Positions 51,276 through 63,960 of a stretch of DNA of 64,000 bases are shown piece by piece. Numbering within the stretch: position 1 is the first letter of the stretch; each line of letters starts with the position of its first letter. The notes beneath the pieces are model-generated. The model was given only the letters and a program-made list of their open reading frames with translations. It did no database searches and was not told where the DNA came from. This DNA is from Mobula hypostoma (lineage: Eukaryota): NCBI RefSeq assembly GCF_963921235.1, contig NC_086106.1:24614001-24678000 (forward strand), given 5' to 3'. The position numbers and the translations under genes are program-made.

Positions 51276-52366
51276 TGTCATAAGGCGGCGGGGGCGGGGG
51301 AGCGGGTGATGGTGCGTTGCGACTGTACCCAAATGCAAGGTACAGACTATGAAGTACTAGGAACAGGACCGGACAAAGACAGTAGGACGGGACAGGTCGG
51401 ATACTGGGATCTGCGACAGGTCGCAGACTAGTAGTTGGGACAGGAACACAGACGATGCTAGGGAAGCAGGACCAGGACGAGGGAATGTGAACAAGGAGCT
51501 TGGGTGTGGTGTCCGTGCCAGAGACCGGAAAAGGACCCAAAACCTGGGTCTTGACTCGGGCTCGGACCCCAAAACTAGGCGAGAGCATGACGTGGCTAAG
51601 TTCTTGGAGACGAGGGGAGGACGTGACGAGACTTGGGTTCTTTGAGGCTCAAGTTCATGGAGCCTTGACAAAGACATGACGGGGCAGGGGTACTTCCAGG
51701 CAACTTCTGGGCGGGACGCGGGAGTCTACCCCACCGAGGCAAGGACAGGGAGGTACCGACCAACCTCAGGGTTAGGGCAAACGGCCTGATTTACCCGACG
51801 GAGCAAGGGACAGGATGCGAAGACCCAACCACAGGGTAACGGCAATCGGCCTGGCTTACCCGACGGAGGCAAATGACAGAAAGGGAGCTAGGTCCAGGGT
51901 CGCTCCAGGACTCGAGGCGGCCGGTAACCTCGGTGGACTACGGAACAGCCAAATCCATATCTCGATAACTGCACAAGCCTTCCACCGGTGGGCTGCTCCA
52001 AGGGGACATTGACGAGGCAAGGCGAGGCCAGGCTGCAGACGAGGCAAGGCGAGGCAAGGTTTCAGACGGGGAAAGGCAAGGCAAGGCTGCAGAAAAGGCA
52101 AGACGAGGCAAGGCTTCAGACGAAGCAAGGCGAGGCAAGGCTTCAGGTAGTGGCTGCAGGCAAGGCATCAGGAGGAAGGTGAAGTGAAGAGATTGTTTGG
52201 ACAGCAACAATCCAGCACCCAGAGGCTGATCCTGGATATTTATGAAGCCAGCCCAAACGAGAATCAGCTGCCTTAACAAAAGCTTGGGAATACCGGAAAA
52301 CCTAGCATAAGGAGCGCGTTCCGGACAGTGAACCAGAATGCGGTATTCCCGTAGCGGACCATGATA
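51276..52366. mobile_element. Solo LTR-like insertion
   Basis: TGTCAT...ATGATA ends, 5-bp TSD CAGTC (51271-51275, 52367-52371), internal GACGAGGCAAGGC tandem repeats at about 52010-52145. Confidence 0.75.
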
Positions 52367-52452
52367 CAGTCAAAGGATTTGTCTTAAAATTTACTTAAAT
52401 GAGTACAGAAAAAGTTTGGAATACTTCCTTCCAATATTTTCAAAGACATGGA

Positions 52453-54820
52453 TGTTATCGCCTTGGGCGCGGAGAAGGCATTTGATAGAGTGGAATGGGT
52501 ATATTTATTTAGTGTTTTGGAGAAATTTGGATTTGGCAGAATATTTATAGCTTGGGTTAAGCTATTATACCACTCGCCTTCAGCGTGTATACAGACAAAT
52601 TATTTTCGATCTGGCTATTTCCCATTAAAACGTGGCACTCGCCAAGGCTGCCCACTGTCCCCTCTTCTTTTTGCAATTGCAACTGAGCCTCTTTCTATTG
52701 CAATTAAGTCAACTACATTATTTCAAGGTGTTATAAGAGGGGACATGGAACACCGTGTTTCCCTATATGCTGATGACCTCTTACTTTATGTTAACGACCC
52801 TATAGGTAGTAGTCCTGCTATTGTGTCATTATTAGGTCAATTTGGAGCCTTCTCTGGGTATAAGCTGAACTTTCAAAAAAGCAAATGCTTTCCCATTAAT
52901 AACTTGGCCCTACAGATCCGATAGGAATCCTTGCCCTTTCCTTTATCTCAAGATGGTTTTGTATACCTAGGAATACATATTACTCGCTCTTTTACATCTC
53001 TGTTTGAAGCTAACTACAGGCCTCAGGTTAGCCAAATGAAGGCTGATTTCGAGAGATGGCGCAGTTTATCCCTTACTATAGCTGGGAGAATTCAGTCAGT
53101 GAAAATGACTATACTTCCTAGATTTCTCTATTTGTTTCAGTGTTTGCCAGTTTACTTATCTAAGTTATTTTTTAAATCAGTTGATCAAGCTATAACCTCC
53201 TTTATTTGGGAAAATAAGGTCCCAAGGGTTAATAAGCGCATTCTTCAAAGAGGTCGTGACATAGGTGGAATGGGTCTTCCCAGCTTTATTTATTATTACT
53301 GGGCATCGAACATTCAAAAAGTATTATTTTGGCTTCACCGGCCAGATATGATCTGGTGCCTGCTTAAGTCACGGTCTTGCCACTCCTCGTCTCTCCCAGC
53401 TTTGGTGTATTCTTCCTTACCTTTGAAATCCTCTCAATTCACGTCTAACCCGGTCGTGCTCTCTACCCTCAAAATTTTTAATCAATTTCGCTGCCACTAT
53501 AAGTTCATATCAGCTTCAGTTTTGGGACCCATTCATTAAAAAAAACATTTATTTCCTCCCTCCACATTCGATTCAGCTTTTAGACAATGGGGTTTGAATG
53601 GTCTTGTGCGCATTAAGGATTTGTATACTGATAACATATTTGATAGTTTTGATAACCTGCGCGGTAAGTATGGCCTTCCGCATAATCATTTTTTTAAATA
53701 CCTGCAGATTCGCCACTTTGTCAAGGAAAAATTTCCCTCTTTTCCTGTTCTACCACCTGCTATGTCATGGGAAAAATTCACTCTTAGCTTTAACAATAAG
53801 GGGCTGATTTCTGAACTATACTCTCAGCTGATGTCTTTGGGAGTTCAAGATCTAAACAAAACTAAGAGTAGGTGGGAGGACAACCTCGGTATGGACCTTG
53901 CGGAAGAATATTGGGCAAAAGTATTGAATAGGGTTCATTTCTCATCATCAAGTGCTAGACTGGGGCTCATACAATTCAAAGTTTTACACAGGGTACATTT
54001 AAGTAAAGCCAGACTGGCAGACATATACCCTGGGACAGACGCTGGCTGTGACAGGTGTTCCTTCTCTCTGGCTGGTTTAATACATGCATTTTGGTCATGC
54101 CCTCGGCTTGATGACTATTGGGCACTGGTTTTTAAAATTATCAGTGAGGTTTTGGGGGTGACATTGAGACCTTGCCCACTTATAGCTGTATTTGGTGTGG
54201 CAGATGATGATTTGGGTTTAAATGCAAGCCAGTCGGATATCATTGCATTTACATCGCTATTGGCCCGTAGGAGAATTTTGCTGGTTTCGAAATCTGCCAC
54301 TCCCCCAACTGCTGCTGCTTGGTTAGAAGATGTAATTTTTTTTCTGAAATTAGAAAAGATTAAATTCACTTTGAGGGGGTCTGTGAAAATGTTCTATTCA
54401 AAATGGGGACCTTTCTTATCATATTTTGGGAGTCTTAAGGAATTACCTACTAGTTGAGGGCATTTGATTGTACTTAGGAAGTTGCCTCCCATTCAACACA
54501 CTTATAATTTACCTCACAGGGTGGTTGATGAATTGTAAATATGAGTGTATTTTGGATCATCTGACATGTTGCAGATGTGTATGAGCTGTCGTATTGAAGT
54601 AGTGTGGGGGTACGGTTGTGAAATGTCCGTACTTGTATTTGTGAATTGTTGTGTTGTAGATATATTAGCTGCCATGATATGTTCGGGGAGGGTGGGTGGG
54701 GGGAGGTTTGTTTTGGGGGTACGATACTAAAGCAAAATGGAGGAAAATGTAATCCATTATATATTCTGTATTGTGTCATTCCTTCAATAAAAATAAATAT
54801 ATTTAAAACCTTTGAAAAAA
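52453..54820 (+). mobile_element. 5'-truncated L1-clade LINE (ORF2 RT and C-terminal region)
   Basis: AEKAFDRVEW...RGTRQGCPLSPLLF...YADDLLLY...CDRC...HAFWSC. AATAAA and A-tail. 11-bp TSD AAAGACATGGA (52442-52452, 54821-54831). Confidence 0.93.
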
Positions 54821-57629
54821 AAAGACATGGACATGTCCAAAAATATGAATAAATGAAGTTTCTCCATTGTTAAACCTATCATAGTAGGGAGATACATCTA
54901 TGTGAAAACGAGATAACTTATCCTTGGTCATATAGGCCTTCTGAATTGTAGGAAAGAATGAGGAGCACATAACAATGAAGTACTAAATAATTTAAAAAAT
55001 ATATCTTTACAAGTTTCTTCAGAAATTGAGGTCTGTAAATCTTGTTTCCAAAGATTTTTGATTTTGTCCAAAGAATCATTTCTCATTCCCAATACGATAT
55101 CATAAATATTGGATATTGAACCATTTTAAAGCGATTTCATATCAATAATTTCATCTAATACGTCCTTATCAGGACTATTAGGAAATGTATATGCAAACGT
55201 TTGTATTTGACATCCCGCAGGAAATCTCTAATGTGCAGTTACAGAAGGAAAAGGGTCCTTGGTAAACTATATTTAGTTGACAATTGTTCGAATGAAGAAA
55301 GTCTTCCGACACAAATATATCCCGGAAACATGTAATGCCCGATTCTTCACATTGGGAACCTCAGTAAACCATTTTTTTTTTTTTTTTTTTTTTGCTAAAT
55401 CGTATCTAAACCCTTAAAGTATGTTCGACTACCACATTTTCAGTTATTATTCTTAAGGATAAAGGAAGTGAAGATCCCAAAAGAGAGATAATAGAACATT
55501 TATTAACCGAGTTAGCTTCTAAGGAACCCCACCCGGGACAGTCCTCATGATTAATATAGTATAACCAAAGCGTGAAATTCCGTATATTAGCTGCCCGGTA
55601 ATAAAACCTAACATTTGGTACAGCTAAAACTCCATTCTTTTTACCTTTCAGGAGACGGACTTTAACCAATTGAGGATGCTTACTTTCCCATATATTGGAT
55701 GATAAAATAGAGTCCAGATAGTCAAAAAAAAAAAAGGATTTCGGAATAAAAACGAGTAAAGCCTGAAAAACGTATTTAAATGTAGGTAAAACATTTATTT
55801 TAATAGATTTAATTTAATTCGACCAACCAATGAGAACGAAAGGGGCGACCGTTTGATAATGTTCTTGTTATACCATTTAATAAAGAAAACAATCTTTAAG
55901 TAGGTACTTATAATTCTTTGTAATTGTTACACCCAAATATGTGAGTTGGTTTCTTACAATTTTAAAATGGAGTTTAAGATCAGTTAATACCAAATTGTTC
56001 AAAGAACGAAGCTCACTCTTGTGAAGGCTCAGTTTATATCCAGAAAACTGACTAAAACAAGAGAGTAAAGAAAGCACAGAAGGTAACGAAGTTTTGACAT
56101 TAGAAATATAAAGCAATAAATCATCCGCATAAAATGAAACATTGTGGATAGTACCGTTCCGTAAAATACCAGTGATAATGTATCATTAGATTCTCTAAAA
56201 GCAACAGGTAAAAGTTCTAAAACCAGGTCGAAGAGCAAATAACTCAAAGGGCAAACTTATCTGGTTCCACGTTCAGGTTTAAATGGTTTAGAATTCTCAG
56301 AATTAGCAATAAGCCGAGCAAAAGGAGGTAAGTACAGTAACTGAATCCATTGAAAAAAGTTGGAACCAAAATTATTTTTGTTTCTAAAATTTTAAATAAA
56401 TAATGCCATTCAAACAGATCAAAAGCCCTCTCCGCGTCTAAGGATATCACACACTCCGATATCTCCTTAGAAGGAGAATAGATAACATCTAATAACCGAC
56501 GAATATCAAAAACAGAGATTATCTATTTTTAATAAAATCGATCTGATCGCCAAAAATGATATATGGTAAGATACTTTCCATCCTGGGTGCGTGACAATTG
56601 CATAAAAATTAGGCAGGGAATTTCCTGATTAATCTCAACATTCTTCAAAAGGAAATACTGCTTTATATCCGGACATACATAGTTACGTATACCCTCCGAG
56701 CCTTTCTATACATTAGCTTGATGTTGAACAACTTGATTTTTGGCAGTTTCCAGTCCATCTTCCCCAGAGAACGGCAGTACGTCAAATGCGAGGGAGTAGT
56801 TTGTCAACAGTTAGGGAGATAAATTGCTTGTTTTCAGTTCACATGGCAATTATTAAAAATACAGATACGCTGGGAACGCCCAGCTGGCGTGGAATATTCT
56901 GTGAAAATCAAGAAATAAACGGTTCTAGTGAGCGAATTACTTAAGCTTTGCTGCTGTCTGCTGGAATTTATTTTCCTTGTTCCTGGCAATGTTACATGAA
57001 ACTCAGGACCTCTTTATATCTTAACAGCCGATACGCAAACAATTACCACTGTCATAAACCGAATTAATTGGTAAGTTATTAAGAGAAAAGCTACTTCCTT
57101 AGGCAGCATGCGAACACATTTCAATGTCGTGCTCCATGCTGCTTGCCAATCTTTGCTTTTCAGATCAATTCTGGTGTCTCTACGTTCTGGAGGAAATCCA
57201 CATCAGAGAAGACTAACGACTGACATTGTATAGTTTTCTGAACCAACGCTTGTTAACGCTCCCACTTATTCTGCTCGCTCCCTAGGCTCCGATGAGCAAG
57301 TAGAATTTGTTGAGGCTTCTCCACATGAATTCCCGACTGCCCCGCATTCCTTCGCCTCTGGCTGACCCTGCACTGTTAATGTTAACTCATAAATTATTTG
57401 ACGTTTTTATTCTGTACTTCTGCCATCGCCTCGGGGAAAAAAAAACATTTCCTGCACTGCTTCTGAACGCCTTTTTTTTCTATTGTGTCTTTCGAGATTT
57501 AGTACAATGCATTCCCTGCTGTGATTGGTCAATGTAGCCGAGAAATTTGTATTTTTCCTCAGGCAAAACGTTGCTACTCTGTGGCACAAGAGGACAGACT
57601 CAAACAGAATAATTACGAAGAGCTGTCTC

Positions 57630-58089
57630 ATGCCGGTCCTAATTATTGTGTTTCTTCTTTGTAAGATGTTTATTCACCGCAATATTCCAGAACTCGCTAA
57701 TCATCTGTAAGCGCGTTTTTTTTAATATATTTATGTAACCATGTTTGAAGTAGAGCTTATTATCTATTATTTATTTTACTTTTAGGCTGGAGCCTTGAAG
57801 ACTCAGTGGAAGAGTCTGTGGATGCAATGACGTTCGAAGAAGAAAATAATATTACCCTAAACTGTACTTTGCAAACAAACTCTGCAACCCCGAATGTTTT
57901 CTGGTATAGGCAGCGTACCAGACAGCAACCACAGTACTTGATTCGGATTATATCAGGGAAAGTATACCCAAGTGAGGATATAACCAACCGATTATTTGCT
58001 TCCTATGATAAAAGTAAAAAAAAATAGCGAACTGTCGATTAACAACGCTATCACCTCTGACTCAGCCACGTATCCCTGTGCGATGAGCA
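57630..58089 (+). pseudogene. TCR V pseudogene V5 (short leader 57630-57660, V exon 57786-58089)
   Basis: Ancestral ATG is ATA, and an internal ATG gives MPVLIIVFLL. The 304-nt exon has a +1 shift in an A9 run (58016-58024) giving TAG. The shifted frame continues NSELSINNAITSDSATYPCAMS. Confidence 0.9.
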
Positions 58090-58137
58090 CGCGGTGCTGA
58101 AAAAAAAAATAAAACTCAATTTCCTCGAACAAAAATC
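58090..58137 (+). other. Inactivated RSS of V5
   Basis: Heptamer CGCGGTG (CAC lost), spacer expanded to 32 nt by an A run, nonamer ACAAAAATC (58129-58137). Confidence 0.85.
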
Positions 58138-59671
58138 CTCGTTCACAGATTCGTCGAGAGCTCGATACAGGGCGACCAAATCAGGGTGAACGTAAATGCT
58201 AACTGAAGTTTAAGGGCTTAATCCAATATTTTCATTTGATGCCGTAGTCAGTTACTGTTACCACTGACGTGTCCACTTGGCAGTTGACATGGACGTTTTT
58301 GCTCATTGATTACTATAACTGTGATCAAAAACAATTCATCGTAAGTGAATCCTCTGTGTTACTTAATTTATCTAAATATCCACCATTCAAATATGAAACT
58401 GCACAAACTTCTGTACGGATGCATGAATGCTTGTGTGGGCTCCTTTAAAATAGAAAAAGACCAAGCTTTGGCACAAAAATCGCACATGTCCCAATCAACA
58501 ATATACCTCAAAATGCTGCAGAAGCTATCGTTTAGATAACTCGCTCAGGAGCAATCATATGGCTTTTGATTTCTGTCAAAGATTTGATCGCAGTTTGTTG
58601 GATTGTTGTGCTGAATGTCGTTAATTTTTATTACTGCATGAGATTCTTACCTATTTAAGCCCCATAAGCCCCAACATCAGATTGTTTCCCACCTAAATAA
58701 AAACACTGTAATTGGATTCGCGTTTATTTTTTATTTTTTATTTTTTTTTAAGTTATAACTAGCGGAGATTCCGTGTCACGATCCATTGTGTTTACCGATG
58801 ATTTGCAGATAGCTGTCATACAAATAAGATACAGGTCGCAATATATGTGGAGTGAGGACAACTGTAAGTTAGATCATTTTACAATTTGCAGTATGAATGA
58901 TTTGAAACAATATGTCTTGATTGAGTGGAGCATTGTACTTGTATTCACAGCACTTACCGAAAGAGTCTCAAAACCACTTGACATTCACGTTTTAGATAGT
59001 GGTCAGGCTATCACGATTATTGAACATTTTGAACTGGCGGCGTTTATCGGCTGAAATCGCTTTACTAGATATGGTCGATCATTGCCATTATTATCTCAGT
59101 TGAAAGTAAAGTTCATTTTCACATTTCATAACACGTTCTCTCTTATATCCGAATATCGTTCCATCTGTGTGCTGTTGTTCAATCGCCAATTTTACCCTCT
59201 GAGGAGAAGACACTGCACTGGATCTTTCGATTAATTCCATAATTCATCTTCAGCTAGCAGAGGGTCCTATCCCTGTACCCTCAATTTGGGTAAGTTTCGT
59301 GACATTGGTAATAAACTCTATTTATCCTGAATCAAGTACTTCCAGCTGGAGAGCTGTATTTTGGGCACTGGGAATATAACCACTATGTAATTGTAACGCT
59401 CAGCTATATTGGATCGTACTTATCTAGGGGACACACCGTCTCCCGCCCAACCTTATCTCACGGTTGCGTCGGTTGCTGTGCAATACCACCTGCTACGGCC
59501 ATCAAACATCAATCATCACCAGCACACAATGTACATTTTACAAATTACACTTTATAAATCTTACCTGGAAAGCGAGATTAATAGAGATACAATACAAAAA
59601 AGAATGAATGAAAAATAATGTGCCAGACTTATCAAAGTTCAGTTCCTTCGTGAAAAAAAAAATGATAAAAC

Positions 59672-60365
59672 AATGTACAGGGAGGAGGTCAAACACCTAG
59701 ACAGCGGATGCAGGGATAACAACTTGATGCTTAGTGTCACCAAAACCAAGGAGATGATCGTCGATTTCAGACGCACTCAGCCTGAGCACACACCCCTCAG
59801 AATAAGCGGCTCCACAGTGGAGAGAGTGGAAAACATCAAGTGCTTTGGGGTGCAGATTTCGGACAATATCACCCGGTCCTGGAACACCACTGGGATAGTG
59901 AAACGGGCCCAGCAGAGATTGCACTTTCTGAGGAAGCCTAAAGAATCACCACTTCGCAATAACATCTTGATTACATTCTACAGAGACGTGGTTGAGAATG
60001 TGCTGACCTTTTGCATGACAACCTGGTACTCCAGCTGCAGTGCTGTCGACAAACACAAAGCCTTGCAGTGTGTGGTTAGGCGAGCAGAGAAGGTTATTGG
60101 GGACCCCTACTTTCTGTCCAAAACCTCTTTCAGAGTCGATGGCTCCAGAAGACACGGTACTTCATAAAAGACCCCTTACCCCCTTTCCATGAACTGTTTG
60201 TTCTTCTGCCATCAGGCAAACGTTACAGGAGCATCAAAACTAAAACCACAATGCTGCTAAACAGCTTCCTCCCACAGGCAGTCAGACTGCTAAATAGCTG
60301 CTCTACCTGACTCTGCTTTGGACACTTTTAACTTGCACTGGACATTTATGGCTTGATTTTAACTG
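59672..60365 (+). mobile_element. Rex1/Babar-type LINE 3' fragment (3' UTR resumes at 61157-61186 and 63975 onward)
   Basis: YREEVKHL...LSVTKTKEMIVDFRR...KRAQQRLHFLRK...VLTFCMTTWYSSC...LPSGKRYRSIKTKT. Confidence 0.88.
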
Positions 60366-61156
60366 TGTTACGTACCCCGTAACTGGGTTGCCAAACCAGC
60401 AGAAATGGATCACTGAGTTGGAGTCTGGAGTACTAGAACTAAGAAAGTTTTATTAAAGAAACAAGCAACACAGTAATCGAAAGGATAATAAATGCAACAG
60501 TTCAGCAATGATAAACACACATATGCACAGAATTAAGATAGCAGCATCAATCAAGCTCTATCCTTGTCTAGGGGTAAATGACCAAATTTCAAAGTGACAC
60601 AACAGTTCAGTCCAATGGACAACGTGGGGAGAGAGAGAGAGAGAACGGGAACAACTGATCATTCAGACACGGCTGCACTCACAGACCGGCGATATGGCTC
60701 ACAAGCAGCTTTTGGGCAGGTCCTTGGTGATGTCACCTGAGGTCACCGACAGTGACCCCTCCTCCAGATGCGGTCGATCCTCTGCAGTGAACCCGTCACC
60801 TAAGCAAAGGCGGACACACACCGGGTTCCCGGTGATCGTACCTTACCACCCTGGGCGTTGTTCGGTACTTACCACCGACTCATGAGAGGCGCACCGCTTC
60901 CAGGGTCTCGTTACCTCGGGTGTCGTGTGTGGCCTGCCTTAGCGAACCTATCCCTTTTTATCCCCCTGCTGGGGTATCGCCTGCCCATCACTTCAAACAG
61001 TTCAGGGTTCAAAGGGGGAGCCGCTCCAGACAGCTCTCTACACATCTCCAGGTGCTGTTACATTGTGTCCCTTATCTTTCTCTTGAAGACATGTGGCAGA
61101 CCAACTGCTGATCACACAGGACAGCTAACATCTTATCTATGTGTATTCTCGTCACA
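60366..61156. mobile_element. Solo LTR (Gypsy-type)
   Basis: TGTTAC...GTCACA ends with a 4-bp TSD ACTG (60362-60365, 61157-61160). Confidence 0.8.
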
Positions 61157-61186
61157 ACTGACATGTAGCTGCTGTGTTTTACTAAC

Positions 61187-63960
61187 CCACCACCACTCCG
61201 CAGCCCCGTCTTCCTCAGATCCCACCGTCAGCTCCTGGGCCCTCAGAGCCTCCATCTTTCTCTCACTCCAACCCTCCCCTCTCCACTGACACCCCCAGCC
61301 TCCCCCCTCCCCCCTCTGATCCCAGCTCTCATCCGTGCCGGGTCTTTACCATCCCCTCCGACCTTCAACTGTCGGAGGCAGAACGCTCTGTTCTCAGTAA
61401 GGGCCTCACGTTTGTCCCCCTGCGCCCACACCTCAGCGAGTTCCGTGTTCGCCATGATGCGGAACTTTTCTTCCGCCGTCTCCGTCTCCGAGCCTACTTC
61501 TTCGGCAAGGGCTCTTCCACCCCCACCGATGAGCCCTTCTCCCGTCTTCAACCCTCCTCTTCTTCATGGACACCCCGCTCTGGTCTTCTGCCTGCTCTGG
61601 ATCTCTTTATTGCCAACTGCCGACGGGACATCAACCGTCTCGACTTCACCGCACCTTGTCCCCATTCCAACCTCACTCCTTCGGAACGCTCTGCTCTCCA
61701 CTCCCTCCGCACTAATCCTAACATTATTATTAAACCCGCTGATAAGGGGGGTGCTCTTGTAGTCTGGCGTACTGACCTCTACCTTGCCGAGGCACAGCGA
61801 CAACTCGCGGATACCTCCTCTTATTTACCCCTCGATCGTGGCTCCACTAAGGAACACCAGGCCATTGTCTCCCACAATATCAACGACTTTATCCGCTCAG
61901 GGGATCTCCCATCCACTGCTACCAACCTTATAGTTCCCACACCCCGCACTTCCCGTTTCTACCTCCTACCCAAGATCCACAAACCTGCCTGTCCTGGCCG
62001 ACCTATTGTCTCAGCTTGCTCCTGCCCCACCGAACTCGTTTCTGCATACCTCGACACTGTTTTATCACCCCTTGTTCAATCCCTTCCGACCTATGTTCGT
62101 GACACTTCTCACGCTCTTAAACTTTTCGATGATTTTAAGTTCCCTGGCCCCCACCGCTTTATTTTCACCTTGGATGTCCAGTCCCTATATACTTCCATCC
62201 CCCATCAGGAAGGTCTCAAAGCTCTACGCTTCTTTTTGGATTCCAGACCTAATCAGTTCCCCTCTACCACCACTCTGCTCCGTCTAGCAGAATTAGTCCT
62301 TACTCTTAATAATTTCTCCTTTTGCTCCTCCCATTTCCTCCAAACTAAAGGTGTAGCTATGGGCACACGTATGGGTCCTAGCTATGCCTGCCTTTTTGTT
62401 GGGTTTGTGGAACAATCTAGGTTCCGTGCCTATTCTGGTATCTGTCCCCCACTTTTCCTTCGCTACATCGACGACTGCATTGGCGCTGCTTCCTGCACGC
62501 ATGCAGAACTCGTTGACTTTATTAACTTTGCCTCCAACTTTCACCCTGCCCTCAAGTTTACCTGGTCCATTTCTGACACCTCCCTCCCCTTTCTAGATCT
62601 TTCTGTCTCTGTCTCTGGAGACAGCTTATCCACTGATATCTACTATAAGCCTACTGACTCTCACAACTATCTGGACTATTCCTCTTCTCACCCTGTCTCT
62701 TGCAAAAACGCCATCCCCTTCTCGCAATTCCTCCGTCTCCGCCGCATCTGCTCTCAGGATGAGTCTTTTCATTCTAGGACGAGGGAAATGTCTTCATTTT
62801 TTAAAGAAAGGGGCTTCCCTTCCTCCACTATCAACTCTGCTCTTAAACGCATCTCCCCCATTTCACGTACATCTGCTCTCACTCCATCCTCCCACCACCC
62901 CACCAGGAATAGGGTTCCCCTGGTCCTCGCCTACCACCCCACCAGCCTCCGGGTCCAACATATTATTCTCCGTAACTTCCGCCACCTCCAACGGGATCCC
63001 ACCACTAAGCATATCTTTCCCTCCCCGCCTCTCTCTGCATTCCGCAGGGATCGCTCCCTACAAAACTCCCTTGTCCATTCGTCCCCCCCCCATCCTTCCC
63101 CACTGATCTCCCTGCTGGCACTTATCCGTGTAAGCGGAACAAGTGCTCCACATGCCCTTACACTTCCTCCCTTACCACCATTCAGGGCCCCAAACAGTCC
63201 TTCCAGGTGAGGCATCACTTCACCTGTGAGTCGACTGGGGTGATATACTGCGTCCGGTGCTCCCGATGTGGCCTTTTATATATTGGTGAGACCCGACGCA
63301 GACTGGGAGACTGCTTTGCTGAACATCTACGCTCTGTCCGCCAGAGAAAGCAGGATCTCCCAGTGGCCACACATTTTAATTCCACATCCCATTCCCATTC
63401 TGACATGTCTATCCACGGCCTCCTCTACTGTAAAGATGAAGCCACACTCAGGTTGGAGGAACAACACCTTATATTCCGTCTGGGTAGCCTCCAACCTGAT
63501 GGCATGAACATTGACTTCTCTAACTTCCGCTAGGCCCCACCTCCCCCTCGTACCCCATCTGTTACTCTTTTTAATGCACACATTCTTTCTCTCACTCTCC
63601 TTTTTCTCCCTCTGTCCCTCTGAATATACCTCTTGCCCATCCTCTGGGTCACCCCCCCCCCCGTCTTTCTTCCCGGACCTCCTGTCCCATGATCCTCTCG
63701 TATCCCCTTCTGCCTATCACCTGTACAGCTCTCGGCTCCATCCCTCCCCCTCCTGTCTTCTCCTATCATTTTGCATCTCCCCCTCCCCCTCCAGCTTTCA
63801 AATCCCTTACTCACTCTTCCTTCAGTTAGTCCTGACGAAGGGTCTCGGCCTGAAACGTCGACTGCGCCTCTTCCTATAGATGCTGCCTGGCCTGCTGCGT
63901 TCACCAGCAACTTTGATGTATGTTGCTTGAATTTCCAGCATCTGCAGAATTCCTGTTGTT
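61187..63960 (+). mobile_element. Near-intact 5'-truncated Penelope-like element (RT, Cys-rich linker, GIY-YIG)
   Basis: Frame open 61186-63210 by manual translation (KPADKGG...LPKIHK...DVQSLYTSIP...GVAMGT...RYIDD). One +1 shift near the C run at 63083-63091, then CKRNKC..C and VIYCVRCSRCGLLYIGET to TAG at 63533. 14-bp TSD TGTGTTTTACTAAC (61173-61186, 63961-63974). Confidence 0.95.
63827..63864 (+). ncRNA. Minimal type I hammerhead ribozyme motif
   Basis: Helix I UAGUC/GACUG, core CUGACGA, helix II AGG/CCU, GAAA, palindromic ACGU helix III, predicted GUC cleavage after 63859. Confidence 0.75.

Larger units (their letters stand above)
50675..56580 (-). mobile_element. Old L1-clade LINE split into three pieces (50675-51275, 52367-52452, 54832-56580)
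   Basis: VISLDAERAFD...FYADD...YLGVTI...HxFWTCP|CLxKYWKEVFQ...NPLT|ALFGI...ARRALSFTW reads continuously once the two inserts are removed. Confidence 0.85.

Noticed and set aside
52010-52145. GACGAGGCAAGGC repeat array as CRISPR-like or a repetitive protein
   Set aside because: No unique spacers. It is a degenerate minisatellite inside an LTR-like insert in a vertebrate genome.
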